From the IMG/VR virus record IMGVR_UViG_3300045988_096068, positions 1-42,443 of that record: a stretch of DNA of 42,443 nt. One strand, 5' to 3'. The stretch comes from a virus. The notes under the pieces are model-generated. The model searched no databases. It was not told the DNA's origin and saw nothing but the letters and a program-made list of their open reading frames with translations. This document shows positions 29,461 through 39,043 of the stretch, one piece after another. Position 1 is the first letter of the stretch; every line of letters begins with the position of its first letter. The position numbers and the translations under genes are program-made.

Positions 29461-32400
29461 TTGGCAAAAACGGACATTGGCCCACGAATCAGCGTTGAGG
29501 GCGAGAGCGAATACCGCAAACAGATGCAAAACATCATCCAGCAACAGAAGGAGTATTCCTCTGAGCTGAATCTTGTCACTGCACAGCTTGGAAAAAACGC
29601 CACCGCACAGCAAAAGGCCTCCTCCATTGCCTCTGTGCTGAAAAAGCAGATCCAGAATCAGGAATCTGCCCTTTCAGCGCAAAACACGATGCTTCAAAAA
29701 GCAGTTACCAAATGGGGCGACGCCAGCAAAGAAGCATCCGGATTCCGCACTGCGATCAACAAGACCAGCGCCGAACTGGCAACCCTCAAAAGTCGCTTGT
29801 CTGACGCAGAAAACGGTCTGGGCGAATTTTCGGACCAGACAAAAACGGCCGGCGACGACCTTGCTGCCTCTGTGACGGCGGGCACGTTGGCCGCAAAAGC
29901 CTATGCGACCATCGGCAGCGAACTGCTGTCGGCAGGCAAAAAGGTCGTTGAAGCGGGTGTCAGCTATAACGCCCAGCTGGAACAGTATCAAACGGCACTG
30001 ACCAACATGCTCGGCAGCGCATCCGATGCGGAAAACGCACTGGAGCAGATCAAGCAGGACGCGGCCCGGACCCCCTTCGACACGGCGGGCCTTGTCAAGG
30101 CCAACGAGCTGCTGATCTCGACCGGCGTTGATGCAGATTCTTCCCGCAAGGTCATCCTCGCGCTGGGCGATGCGGTCTCTGCAACCGGCGGCGGCAACGA
30201 GGAGCTGAGCCGGATGGCCCAGAACCTCCAACAAATTAAAAACGCCGGAAAGGCCACGGCAGCAGACATCAAACAATTTGCCTATGCGGGCATTGATGTC
30301 TACGGCATTCTGGCCGACTACACCGGCAAATCGACCGCCGAAGTGCAGAAAATGACCGTCACCTATGACGTGCTGACCGCTGCACTGGAAAAGGCCTCAG
30401 ACGAGGGCGGACGGTACTACAACTCCATGTCCACCCAGAGCGAGACGCTCAACGGCCGGATGTCCACGCTGACGGATAACGCCACCCAGCTGGCGGGTCT
30501 TATGACTGCTGATCTGACCGACGGCATCAAAATGGTCGTTGGCAACCTCAATGATATGACCGTTGCGGCGACTGAAGCATACAAAACGGACGGCTGGGTC
30601 GGTCTGGCAAAGGAGATCGCGTCGCTGAATCCTCTGATCTCAGGCGTAATCAGCGAGATGTCTGCTTTGGGCGATGGACTGTCTACCATTGCCCAAAATG
30701 CGATCAGTGTCCTCGATCAGTGGAGCTACAAGCTCAACAAGGCGCTGGGCAAGGACGCCTATGCAGGGTATGACAGCTACGAAGACTACCGCTCACAGAC
30801 GGACAGCCAGAAAAACAAAAACCGCCGAAGGCAAGAAGCCCTGGCCGGAAAAGGTATCTCAAACCAAAAGCAATACGACCGGCTGCATCCGACCGTAAAG
30901 CCCCCGACAAGCAGCGGAAGCAATACGCCGACCGGGAGCACGACCCAAAAAAACAAAAAGGCCGCTGCCGACCAGAAGAAGCTCGCCAAAAGCGTGACCG
31001 AAACCAACACCCAACTGTTGGAGGGCACCGGCAACATTGTCGGGGCTATCAAGCAGGTGACGGAAACCGCCGATAACACCTACAACGTCTACGACGGAAC
31101 GACCAAGCAGCTCAAAGGCACGACGCAGGAAACCGCCCAGACCGTCACCCGGACATGGACCGAGATGGTGGACGGCATCCAGAAAAACTACAAACAGGTC
31201 GTCACCCTGTTAAACGGCGTGGAGCAGAGCAGCAAAACGACCGTTGAAAACGTCAATCAGACCCTTTCCAGTTCCAGCACGAACACGGAAAAGCTATCCG
31301 GCGTGGAAGGCGTGGAAGGAACTCTGAATCGTACTACCCAAACCACCCAGGAAATCCAAAAAGTCTGGAACGAATCCACCGGCCAGATGGAGGACAAAGT
31401 GGTCTCCACGGGCAAAGTGGTTACAGAAACGTTCAACCGTGTCAAAGACGGCGCGCTTGAGGCTGTCACTCAAATCAAGACATTTGACGAAGCAGGAAAC
31501 CTCCTGAGCACAAAAGAGCAGACGGCGAATGTCGAACGTTCGAACACCTCAACCAGCACCAAGACTCAGAAAATCTATGGCCAAGAGGGTGTACAGGGAG
31601 CACTGGAACGCACCACTCAGACCACAAAAGAGCTGCAAAAAGTCTGGAATGAAGAGCTTGGGCAGTACGAGGATAAAATGGTGGAGACGGGCAAAACCGT
31701 CACCGATAGTTTTATCCGGATGAACAACGGCATCGCCGAAGCGGTTACTCTTACCACAACGTATATCGGAGACCAGGTCGTTGATACACAGGAGCATATA
31801 GAACCCCTGAAAGAAGAAATCATCGGCGTTCAGGGTACGGTGGGCAGCTTCTCGCAGTTCATCCTTGACCTCGATACGAAACTGGGCGGTCTGGAACAGG
31901 CGGCTTCCAACCTGAGCAAAAGCCCGCTCGGAAGCTGGTTTTCGGACTTGGCGAAAGGATACCGCGCAAGCGACAGCTTTTTTGACAACATCGACGTGCC
32001 AGGCCTGATTGTAGGAGGGCTTGTTTCAGCGGCTACAGGTTACATGAAGGGCGGCATACCGGGAGCAATCGCAAGCGCGGGCCTGTCCATTGTTGGCAAC
32101 CTGATCGGGACAAATCTTTCCGGTCTGGCCAATGAGTCGAACAACTGGGGCGCAGACCTTGTCACCGGCATGGCGAACGGCATGAAAGAGGCTGGCGGAT
32201 TTTTGGCCACTGCCGCCAAAGGGCTGGCCGAGACCGTGAAAAGTTTCCTGCATTTCTCCCGCCCGGATGTCGGCCCGCTGCGGGAATATGAGCAGTGGAT
32301 GCCGGACATGGTCAAAGGCATGGCCAAAGGGATCACCGATAATGCCTATGTGCTGCGCGACGCAGTGCGCGGGCTGAGCGGCCAGATGGAAACTCAGCTC

Positions 32401-32598
32401 ACCTATGACGTGGGCCGGGCCAGCTCTGCGCTCACCACGGCTTACAACACCCGGCGCATCAGCATGGGCGGCGTCAGCATCAGCATCTACCCGCAGGAAG
32501 GGCAGGACGCTGAGGAGATCGCCCAGTACACCATCGACAAGCTGCAAATGATGATCAATTCGGAGGCCTCCGCCAATGGAGAAATACCTGTATTTTAA
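29461..32598 (+). CDS. Tape measure protein
   Basis: 1045 aa with a TTG start after GAGGAGGTGG. Helical and Ala/Gln-rich, with a Gly-rich hydrophobic segment near the C-terminus. An internal about 85-aa duplication lies at about 31270..31770. Confidence 0.9.
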   Translation: MAKTDIGPRISVEGESEYRKQMQNIIQQQKEYSSELNLVTAQLGKNATAQQKASSIASVLKKQIQNQESALSAQNTMLQKAVTKWGDASKEASGFRTAINKTSAELATLKSRLSDAENGLGEFSDQTKTAGDDLAASVTAGTLAAKAYATIGSELLSAGKKVVEAGVSYNAQLEQYQTALTNMLGSASDAENALEQIKQDAARTPFDTAGLVKANELLISTGVDADSSRKVILALGDAVSATGGGNEELSRMAQNLQQIKNAGKATAADIKQFAYAGIDVYGILADYTGKSTAEVQKMTVTYDVLTAALEKASDEGGRYYNSMSTQSETLNGRMSTLTDNATQLAGLMTADLTDGIKMVVGNLNDMTVAATEAYKTDGWVGLAKEIASLNPLISGVISEMSALGDGLSTIAQNAISVLDQWSYKLNKALGKDAYAGYDSYEDYRSQTDSQKNKNRRRQEALAGKGISNQKQYDRLHPTVKPPTSSGSNTPTGSTTQKNKKAAADQKKLAKSVTETNTQLLEGTGNIVGAIKQVTETADNTYNVYDGTTKQLKGTTQETAQTVTRTWTEMVDGIQKNYKQVVTLLNGVEQSSKTTVENVNQTLSSSSTNTEKLSGVEGVEGTLNRTTQTTQEIQKVWNESTGQMEDKVVSTGKVVTETFNRVKDGALEAVTQIKTFDEAGNLLSTKEQTANVERSNTSTSTKTQKIYGQEGVQGALERTTQTTKELQKVWNEELGQYEDKMVETGKTVTDSFIRMNNGIAEAVTLTTTYIGDQVVDTQEHIEPLKEEIIGVQGTVGSFSQFILDLDTKLGGLEQAASNLSKSPLGSWFSDLAKGYRASDSFFDNIDVPGLIVGGLVSAATGYMKGGIPGAIASAGLSIVGNLIGTNLSGLANESNNWGADLVTGMANGMKEAGGFLATAAKGLAETVKSFLHFSRPDVGPLREYEQWMPDMVKGMAKGITDNAYVLRDAVRGLSGQMETQLTYDVGRASSALTTAYNTRRISMGGVSISIYPQEGQDAEEIAQYTIDKLQMMINSEASANGEIPVF

Positions 32599-33289
32599 CG
32601 GCCACAGCTCGGACGAGTATTTCTGCCACATCGAGCACAAGCCGGAGATCCCGGTCCCGGAAGCCAAATACGAGGAGTATGAGGTGCCGGGCCGAAACGG
32701 AAAGCTCCATGCTGACCTTGGCTATTACGACAATATCACCGTGACGTATCAACTGTATTTCCACGGCAAAAACCCGACGGCGGAAGACGCCCGCACCGTC
32801 AAGAAATGGCTGGCCGGAACGCCGGGAGCACATCAGCTCTCCGATGGATACGACCCGTCGTTTTTTTATTTCGCCACGGCCAAGCCGGGCAGCATCTCGA
32901 ACATCCTCAACAAGTACGGCCGGCTGTCGGTGGATTTTGACTGTGATCCGCGCCACTTTCTCGTGTCAGGCTATCAGGCTGCGGCACTGGAAAACGGACA
33001 GACCCTTCTCAACCCGCTGGATCAGGTGGCACTCCCCTATCTGGAGATCACCGGAAACGGCGCAGAGGGAAAAGTCGTCGTCAACGGCGTGGAATTTGCC
33101 GCCATGCCCCCGGCAGACCGGGTACTCTATGCCGACTGCGAAAACTGGGACGCCTACGTCACAGGCGGCACCAATGCCAACGCGCTTGTCGGCGGCACCT
33201 GGCCCACGCTGCGGTCGGGCGAAAATACGATCAGCTGGAGCGGCGGCGTGACCGGCGTGACCCTGACTCCAAGGTGGTGGACATTATGA
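32576..33289 (+). CDS. Distal tail protein (Dit-like)
   Basis: 237 aa, immediately after the tape measure gene and overlapping it by 23 nt. Confidence 0.7.
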   Translation: MEKYLYFNGHSSDEYFCHIEHKPEIPVPEAKYEEYEVPGRNGKLHADLGYYDNITVTYQLYFHGKNPTAEDARTVKKWLAGTPGAHQLSDGYDPSFFYFATAKPGSISNILNKYGRLSVDFDCDPRHFLVSGYQAAALENGQTLLNPLDQVALPYLEITGNGAEGKVVVNGVEFAAMPPADRVLYADCENWDAYVTGGTNANALVGGTWPTLRSGENTISWSGGVTGVTLTPRWWTL

Positions 33290-34938
33290 CGCCGATCTTA
33301 CACGAGGCCGATGTAACATCCATCGGCAATTACGGTCTGGGCGCGCTGAAAGACGCCCTGAGCTGCACCGTCAGCTGCGAAGAGAACGGTGCGTATGATC
33401 TGACCCTCATCTATCCAATGACCGGTCTCCATGCGGAGCTGCTGGCCGAACGCAGGCTCATCAGCGCGGCCCCGTCCCGGTACGAAAACCGGCAGCTGTT
33501 CCGCATCTACCGGATGACGCGGCCCATCGACGGCAAAATCCAGGCCTATGCGCATCACATTTCGTATGACCTCAACAACTGTATCGTCAAGCCTTTCACG
33601 GCTGCGTCGTTGAGCGAAGCCATCACAAAACTCAAGGCCGGAATCGTAGGAGACTGCCCGTTTGATATTTCGGCCAGCTACGATACTGCAGGCACGTTTT
33701 CGGTCTCGAAGCCGATGACCGTCCGTGCGGCGCTGCTGTCCAGCAACAGCGACAACCTCGCCTCGGTCTATGACGGTGTATGGACGTTCGACGGCCTGAG
33801 CTGTGTGCTGCGCAAAAAAGAGACCGTTGACCGCGGAGTCAAAATCGCATACGGCCTGAACCTGCTGGACGTCACCCAGGAAAAAAATATCGAGGACGTC
33901 TACACCCACGTCTATCCCTTCTGGATGAACGCCGAGAAGAACAAGTACTACGACCTGGAGCCCATCGCGGCTTCCAGCATCACCGGCTACCGGAAAATCT
34001 ACCCGCTCGACCTCACTAGCTACTACCAGAAAGCGCCTTCGGACGCCAGCATGAAAAAGACGGCCGACGAGTTCATCCAGAAAAATGAGATCGGCAAGAT
34101 CAGCGTCAGCCTGACGGTCTCTTATGTGCAGCTGGAAAAGTGTGTGGAGTACACAGGCTCTGGCCAGAGCGGGATTATCCTGCGCGGTGATACGGTCGAG
34201 GTGCGGTATCTGCGTTTGGGCGTGAGCGCCACGGCGCGGATCACCAAGACGGATTATAATGCACTGCTGGAGCGCTATGACTCCCTGCAAGTGGGCGACG
34301 CCAAAGAGCGCCTGGCCCGCACGACCATCCGGGAGCGCAGCCGCGTGACCACCACCAACGACCGGGCGGTGGATGCCAGCCGCGTGGCCACCGATTATAT
34401 CGAGGAGAGCGAAACAGGAAGCATCAACTTCGGCGTCGGCGATTACTCTTACACCATCGGCAATGATGGACTGGAATTTAATGGCATCCGAAACCGAACA
34501 CCTCTCAAAAATTTCGGAGATGTGACCAACTGGAGCGCAGGAAAAGTAGATTTCGACCTCAGTCGATACTCTGCACTCCTTATTACGTTTGAAAGCTACA
34601 AAGGTTCTACCTGGCTTGCATCTGGCGGTGGAGCCGGGACGGCATCGGTCGTTATTCCGATTGGCTCAAAAGATTGGAATGGCAGTCCGAAAAAATACTC
34701 CATGATATATCCGTGGAATACAGTACACCGGCGAGATGTTTGGGCGGATTCTACCGGCGTTAATTTTGGAGATGCTTATGAGCGCACATCCCGTTACACG
34801 AAGCCGGTCGGTGTTTTGACTGTACCCATTGTGCCTGGTGTTACTACGCTGTCATACGACCTGGACATTCCGACCAGCGATGGTTGGAAGAAAGATAACA
34901 GTCTTTGTGTTCCAAAAGAAATTTACGGGTTTCTGTGA
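33286..34938 (+). CDS. Tail-associated / baseplate hub protein (Tal-like, prophage-tail N-terminal region)
   Basis: The N-terminus MTPILHEADVTSIGNYGLGALKDALSC...NGAYDLTLIYP is typical of siphovirus Tal proteins. ATG 33286 overlaps the Dit stop. Confidence 0.75.
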   Translation: MTPILHEADVTSIGNYGLGALKDALSCTVSCEENGAYDLTLIYPMTGLHAELLAERRLISAAPSRYENRQLFRIYRMTRPIDGKIQAYAHHISYDLNNCIVKPFTAASLSEAITKLKAGIVGDCPFDISASYDTAGTFSVSKPMTVRAALLSSNSDNLASVYDGVWTFDGLSCVLRKKETVDRGVKIAYGLNLLDVTQEKNIEDVYTHVYPFWMNAEKNKYYDLEPIAASSITGYRKIYPLDLTSYYQKAPSDASMKKTADEFIQKNEIGKISVSLTVSYVQLEKCVEYTGSGQSGIILRGDTVEVRYLRLGVSATARITKTDYNALLERYDSLQVGDAKERLARTTIRERSRVTTTNDRAVDASRVATDYIEESETGSINFGVGDYSYTIGNDGLEFNGIRNRTPLKNFGDVTNWSAGKVDFDLSRYSALLITFESYKGSTWLASGGGAGTASVVIPIGSKDWNGSPKKYSMIYPWNTVHRRDVWADSTGVNFGDAYERTSRYTKPVGVLTVPIVPGVTTLSYDLDIPTSDGWKKDNSLCVPKEIYGFL

Positions 34939-34943
34939 GGCGG

Positions 34944-35180
34944 ATGATGAAAAAACAGGATTATTTTTACCAATGCAAAATTGATCCTACTGGCCGACTG
35001 TATTATGGCTCCTGGACACACAAAAGCGTTCTACCCAAACAGCTGCCTGACAACGAGGTGCTTTTTGAGGAGTTCCCAGATGATGGAGGCAGTGGGGAAA
35101 ACTATCTCTGGGACGGAAAGACATTGACTTACGCTCCATTGCCCGAAAAGGAGGACGACAATGCAAACAATCAAAATTGA
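34944..35180 (+). CDS. Hypothetical small baseplate-module protein (78 aa)
   Basis: ATG 34944 follows GTGAGGCGG, in frame with track ORF 34905..35180. Confidence 0.5.
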   Translation: MMKKQDYFYQCKIDPTGRLYYGSWTHKSVLPKQLPDNEVLFEEFPDDGGSGENYLWDGKTLTYAPLPEKEDDNANNQN

Positions 35181-37356
35181 TTTTGACAACCCCGGCCTTC
35201 CGCAGCGTATGGACGTTGTAGAAAACGACGCGCAGAGCCGCTTTTTCAAGGCCGTGCTGTACAAAAACGGCAAGGCATACGCTGCGCCGTCCGGTGCAAC
35301 GTACAGCATCATGTACCGAGGGTTCGGCCCCCAGAATGAGGGCTGGTATGATACCATCAACGACGGCGCTGGCAAGCGGGCGGCCTGCTCGGTATCCGGC
35401 AACGTCGTCACCTGCGAGATCGCACGTCAAGCTCTCCGCGTCCCAGGCCATGTCAGCGTCGTGCTCTGCGTGACCGGAAGCAATGGCTATATGCTCCACG
35501 GCTGGCCCATTGACTGCAACTGCCGCAACGACAATTATACCGGTGGAACGTCGGTGGAAAGCTTCTTCTATATCACTCAGGTCACCAACGCGGACTGGAC
35601 CTCGGCAATCCAGACCTGGGAAGAGCTCAAGAACATGATCGACCCCACCCTCTCCCTCTCTGGTAAGGCGGCGGATGCGGCGAAGGTGGGAGAGGCGGTT
35701 TGTCAGCAAGCATATCTGACCAATCCTAAAATCGATAAAAATTTATATATTAAAGATGATTGTACTATTTTAGGTTATGATGGTTGGGACCTGTTAAGTA
35801 TCCCGGTGATTGCGGGTGACAAAATTATTGTTTACAGCCCGGTTGATTCAAAATATAACGCTATGTATTCTGCCGACGCTACCAAATATAAAAATTTCGT
35901 GTTAAAAAATGGGATAAATTACATTGATATTCCTGATGGTTATAGAGAATTGAAAATCTCCAATGAACGAGAAATCGCGAAAAATGTTCGGTTCTTTGTC
36001 CTTCCAATGGAAACAATAAATAGCAACAAAGAAAAGCTAAAAATCGCTGACAACGGAAAATTTCTGCTTGACGAAATTCCATATACGTATATCAACAATG
36101 CGGACGGAACTGAACGAAGCTCCGACGCCTATTCATCATCAGACTACATCGATTTAACCGGTCATAAAAAATTTGTAATTGAGTGTCAAGAAGATTCTGA
36201 AAGCAATGCCTTATACGATGAATCTTATAATTTTTTGCAGGGAATAGAATATAAAGCAGGATTTACAGAATTTGTGATTCCAACTAATGCAAAATATTTG
36301 AGAATATCATGCCACACTAATTGTCTAAAAACAGCAGGAGTTATTTTTGACAGCTCGATTTCATATCGAAATTTCACACATAACGGAGCGATTTTGCCGC
36401 GAGTAAAAGGGTGGGAGAGTGACCGAGAAACAATCATTGATGAAGCGTATCATATGTTGTTAAATGTATGCAAAAAAAATCCTGACATCATTCCAATTTT
36501 TGTATGCACCGATAGTCATAGATGGTCACCTCAACATCCGCAAAGATATGTAAACAACATTGATACAGATGGAATGAAAATAGCTAATATAAACCTAGGT
36601 GATGATGTTACCGAACATTGGGATGACTTAAAATTTGATACAATATATAATAATATTAGATACATAAAAAACTATATTGGTGTGTGTGGTAATCACGATA
36701 AATGGGATGGAACAAGCACAACAGAATATTTTTTACGTAGGATTTTTACTTCTAAAAAAGCAAGATATATTGCAAAATCAAAAAGATGCTGTTATACAGT
36801 GAAGGATAATTTGCATAACGTGAAATATATTATTTTTGACCCTTACTATGCACCAAATTCAGGGGTACCAATGGTAAGCGTTCCAACAGTCGTTGCTACA
36901 TGGTTCATAAAAGAATTATCCAAAAATGATGGGTATGATATTATTTTCCTAAATCACCAACCATTGACTGATAACAATATACATAGAGATGGAACAAAGC
37001 AAACGTGGAAAATGGAGTCTTATGAGGAGCCAATTTTTAGTGCGTTATTTAACGTTTTGAAAAACAGAAAAAACAAGCGTAAAGGTACTTATACAGACAC
37101 AGACGGAATTGCTCATCAATATGATTTCAGCCAATGTGAAAACGATTTATTATGCTTATTACACGGACATTCGCACGAAGAGCTGTATTATATCGAAGAT
37201 GGACTGACAAGTTATGTATGCGACTGGGACGGCGCTGAATCAACAGGCTATAAATCCACATTTATAGCTATTGATAGAAGCAAAGAAATATTAACAGCGT
37301 GGATTGCAAAAGGAAGTGAAAATGTTGAACCTGCGCTAGAACTAAAAATTAACTAA
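35161..37356 (+). CDS. Receptor-binding / baseplate upper protein: BppU-like N-terminus fused to an AT-rich C-terminal part containing a metallophosphoesterase domain
   Basis: The N-terminus MQTIKIDFDN...RFFKAVLYKNG is BppU-like, followed by the LSLSGKAADAAKVGE hinge. All five calcineurin-type motifs then appear in order: TDSH (36511), LGDD, GNHD (36688..36699), LNH, GHSHE (37162..37179). Confidence 0.8.
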   Translation: MQTIKIDFDNPGLPQRMDVVENDAQSRFFKAVLYKNGKAYAAPSGATYSIMYRGFGPQNEGWYDTINDGAGKRAACSVSGNVVTCEIARQALRVPGHVSVVLCVTGSNGYMLHGWPIDCNCRNDNYTGGTSVESFFYITQVTNADWTSAIQTWEELKNMIDPTLSLSGKAADAAKVGEAVCQQAYLTNPKIDKNLYIKDDCTILGYDGWDLLSIPVIAGDKIIVYSPVDSKYNAMYSADATKYKNFVLKNGINYIDIPDGYRELKISNEREIAKNVRFFVLPMETINSNKEKLKIADNGKFLLDEIPYTYINNADGTERSSDAYSSSDYIDLTGHKKFVIECQEDSESNALYDESYNFLQGIEYKAGFTEFVIPTNAKYLRISCHTNCLKTAGVIFDSSISYRNFTHNGAILPRVKGWESDRETIIDEAYHMLLNVCKKNPDIIPIFVCTDSHRWSPQHPQRYVNNIDTDGMKIANINLGDDVTEHWDDLKFDTIYNNIRYIKNYIGVCGNHDKWDGTSTTEYFLRRIFTSKKARYIAKSKRCCYTVKDNLHNVKYIIFDPYYAPNSGVPMVSVPTVVATWFIKELSKNDGYDIIFLNHQPLTDNNIHRDGTKQTWKMESYEEPIFSALFNVLKNRKNKRKGTYTDTDGIAHQYDFSQCENDLLCLLHGHSHEELYYIEDGLTSYVCDWDGAESTGYKSTFIAIDRSKEILTAWIAKGSENVEPALELKIN

Positions 37357-37391
37357 ATAGGGCTTTATCCCACTAACAGAAAGGACGTGAC

Positions 37392-38078
37392 ATGATGGCA
37401 AAAACTATTTTGGATGTTTCCCGCTGGCAGGGCCGCATCGACTGGGGCAAGGTCAAGGCAAGCGGCCTTGTCTCCGGCGTGATGCTGAAGACGGTATCCA
37501 CCAACAGCAAGTTTTCCAATCGCAAGGACGGGCTGTACATCGACCCGACGTTTGAGCACAACTATGCCGAGTGCAAGCGTGTCGGCTTGCCGGCTGGCGT
37601 GTACTATTACACCTATGCCGTCTCGCACACCAGTGCCGACGCAGAGCTTGCCCTGCTCAAGACTGCACTGGCTGGAAAAACCTTCGAGCTGCCGATCTGC
37701 GTGGATGTGGAGGACAACAAGCTCCGCAAGCTTGGCAAGCAGGCGTTGACCGACCTGACCGCGTATGCGCTGGCGACCATCGAGCAGTGGGGCTTCTACG
37801 CTCTGCTGTACACCGGTCTCAATTTCGGTGAGACCCGGCTGTATATGGGCGATGCTGCATTGCGCAAGTACGATGTATGGCTGGCAAGATATCCCAGAGA
37901 CAAGAGCAAAACCAAACCAGAAGACAAGCCCAAAACAGACTTTTCTTTTGGCATGTGGCAGTACACCAGCAGCGCCAGCGTACCGGGCATCACGGGCAAC
38001 GCAGACCTTTCCCACGCTTACAAGGACTACGCCGCCATTATCGCGAAAAAGGGGCTGGACAGGCTCCGGGAGGCGTAA
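37392..38078 (+). CDS. GH25 muramidase endolysin
   Basis: DVSRWQGRIDW, ICVDVED and GMWQYTSSASVPGITGNADLS are classic GH25 motifs. Confidence 0.9.
   Translation: MMAKTILDVSRWQGRIDWGKVKASGLVSGVMLKTVSTNSKFSNRKDGLYIDPTFEHNYAECKRVGLPAGVYYYTYAVSHTSADAELALLKTALAGKTFELPICVDVEDNKLRKLGKQALTDLTAYALATIEQWGFYALLYTGLNFGETRLYMGDAALRKYDVWLARYPRDKSKTKPEDKPKTDFSFGMWQYTSSASVPGITGNADLSHAYKDYAAIIAKKGLDRLREA
37416..37485 (+). repeat. 70-bp exact direct repeat, copy 1 (5' end of the endolysin gene)
   Basis: GTTTCCCGCTGGCAGGGCCGCATCGACTGGGGCAAGGTCAAGGCAAGCGGCCTTGTCTCCGGCGTGATGC is identical to 41212..41281. Confidence 0.95.
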
Positions 38079-38083
38079 GCCGA

Positions 38084-38305
38084 ATGGAGAGTATCGCAGC
38101 CGCCCTCATTACCGGTGCAATCACGCTGATCGGCGTTTTAATTGCAAACAGCAAAAGCCAAGCCGTGACCGAAACCAAGCTGGAAGAACTGACCAGAGAA
38201 GTCCGGGCACACAACAATTTCGCCCAGCGCATCCCCGTGCTGGAAGAGAAGATGAAGGTCGCCGATCACCGAATTGCCGACCTCGAAGAAAAGGAAAGGA
38301 ACTAA
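38084..38305 (+). CDS. XhlA-like membrane/coiled-coil lysis protein
   Basis: 73 aa with an N-terminal TM (AAALITGAITLIGVLIA) followed by a coiled coil. Lysis-cassette position. Confidence 0.6.
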   Translation: MESIAAALITGAITLIGVLIANSKSQAVTETKLEELTREVRAHNNFAQRIPVLEEKMKVADHRIADLEEKERN

Positions 38306-38309
38306 TACC

Positions 38310-38555
38310 ATGACCAACAAGATTTCCGCCGGAACCGTCGCCCGCACCGCCGTCCTCGCGCTGGCACTCACCAATCAGATTCTGAGCGCAACTGGCCACT
38401 CCCCGCTCCCCATCGAGTCGGAGCAGCTGGAGCAGATCATCACCACCGGCATCACCGTCGTCGCTTCCCTCGTGGCGTGGTGGGAGAACAACTCCTTCAC
38501 ATCTGCCGCCATCCACGCCGATCACGTCCTCAATCAGATGCAGGGCAAGAAGTAA
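38310..38555 (+). CDS. Holin (phi LC3 / SPP1-type)
   Basis: 81 aa with two hydrophobic segments and the WWENNSFTSAA signature typical of this holin family. Confidence 0.75.
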   Translation: MTNKISAGTVARTAVLALALTNQILSATGHSPLPIESEQLEQIITTGITVVASLVAWWENNSFTSAAIHADHVLNQMQGKK

Positions 38556-38567
38556 GGAGCAAACCCT

Positions 38568-39032
38568 ATGATTGTGCTAAGCGTATCTCTCGCATCCAAT
38601 GGCATTGTTAAAGTGCCGGGCTATGAGCAGCTGGTGCGCTTTGGCTACACCAAAAACCGGGGCGTGTACCGCCTTGCCGTCGCAGCAACCGGCGAGTGGG
38701 AAGGTCTGACCATCCGGGCATTTTGGCATGTGCCTGGCGGCAAGGACCCGGCATCCTCGCTGGTGACGGACGGCTATGTGGACGTGCCCGCCAGCGTGAC
38801 CGCACAGCCCGGCAATGGGTGCATCACTTTTGAGGGCAGCGACGGCACAAAGACCGTGACCAGCGAAGACCTGCGTTACCGGGTCGGCCCCAATTCTGGC
38901 ACCGAAGACGGCATCCTCCCGGAACCGGGTACCCCGGCATGGGAAGCGTTTGTCAAGGAAGTACACGAATCACTCCACATTGCCACCGATGAAGAGGTCG
39001 ATGCAATGCTGGACGAAATATTTGACGATTGA
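38568..39032 (+). CDS. Hypothetical virion/fibre-associated protein (154 aa)
   Basis: Its C-terminus ATDEEVDAMLDEIF is shared with the next gene. It lies in the fibre-cluster context. Confidence 0.55.
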   Translation: MIVLSVSLASNGIVKVPGYEQLVRFGYTKNRGVYRLAVAATGEWEGLTIRAFWHVPGGKDPASSLVTDGYVDVPASVTAQPGNGCITFEGSDGTKTVTSEDLRYRVGPNSGTEDGILPEPGTPAWEAFVKEVHESLHIATDEEVDAMLDEIFDD

Positions 39033-39043
39033 GAGGAAACATT

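Noticed and set aside
28266-29627. 453-aa minus-strand ORF
   Set aside because: It is antisense to the major tail, chaperone and tape measure genes. It has no RBS and an Arg/Ala/Gly-rich shadow composition.
33298-34290. 330-aa minus-strand ORF
   Set aside because: It is antisense to the Tal-like gene and has no independent support.
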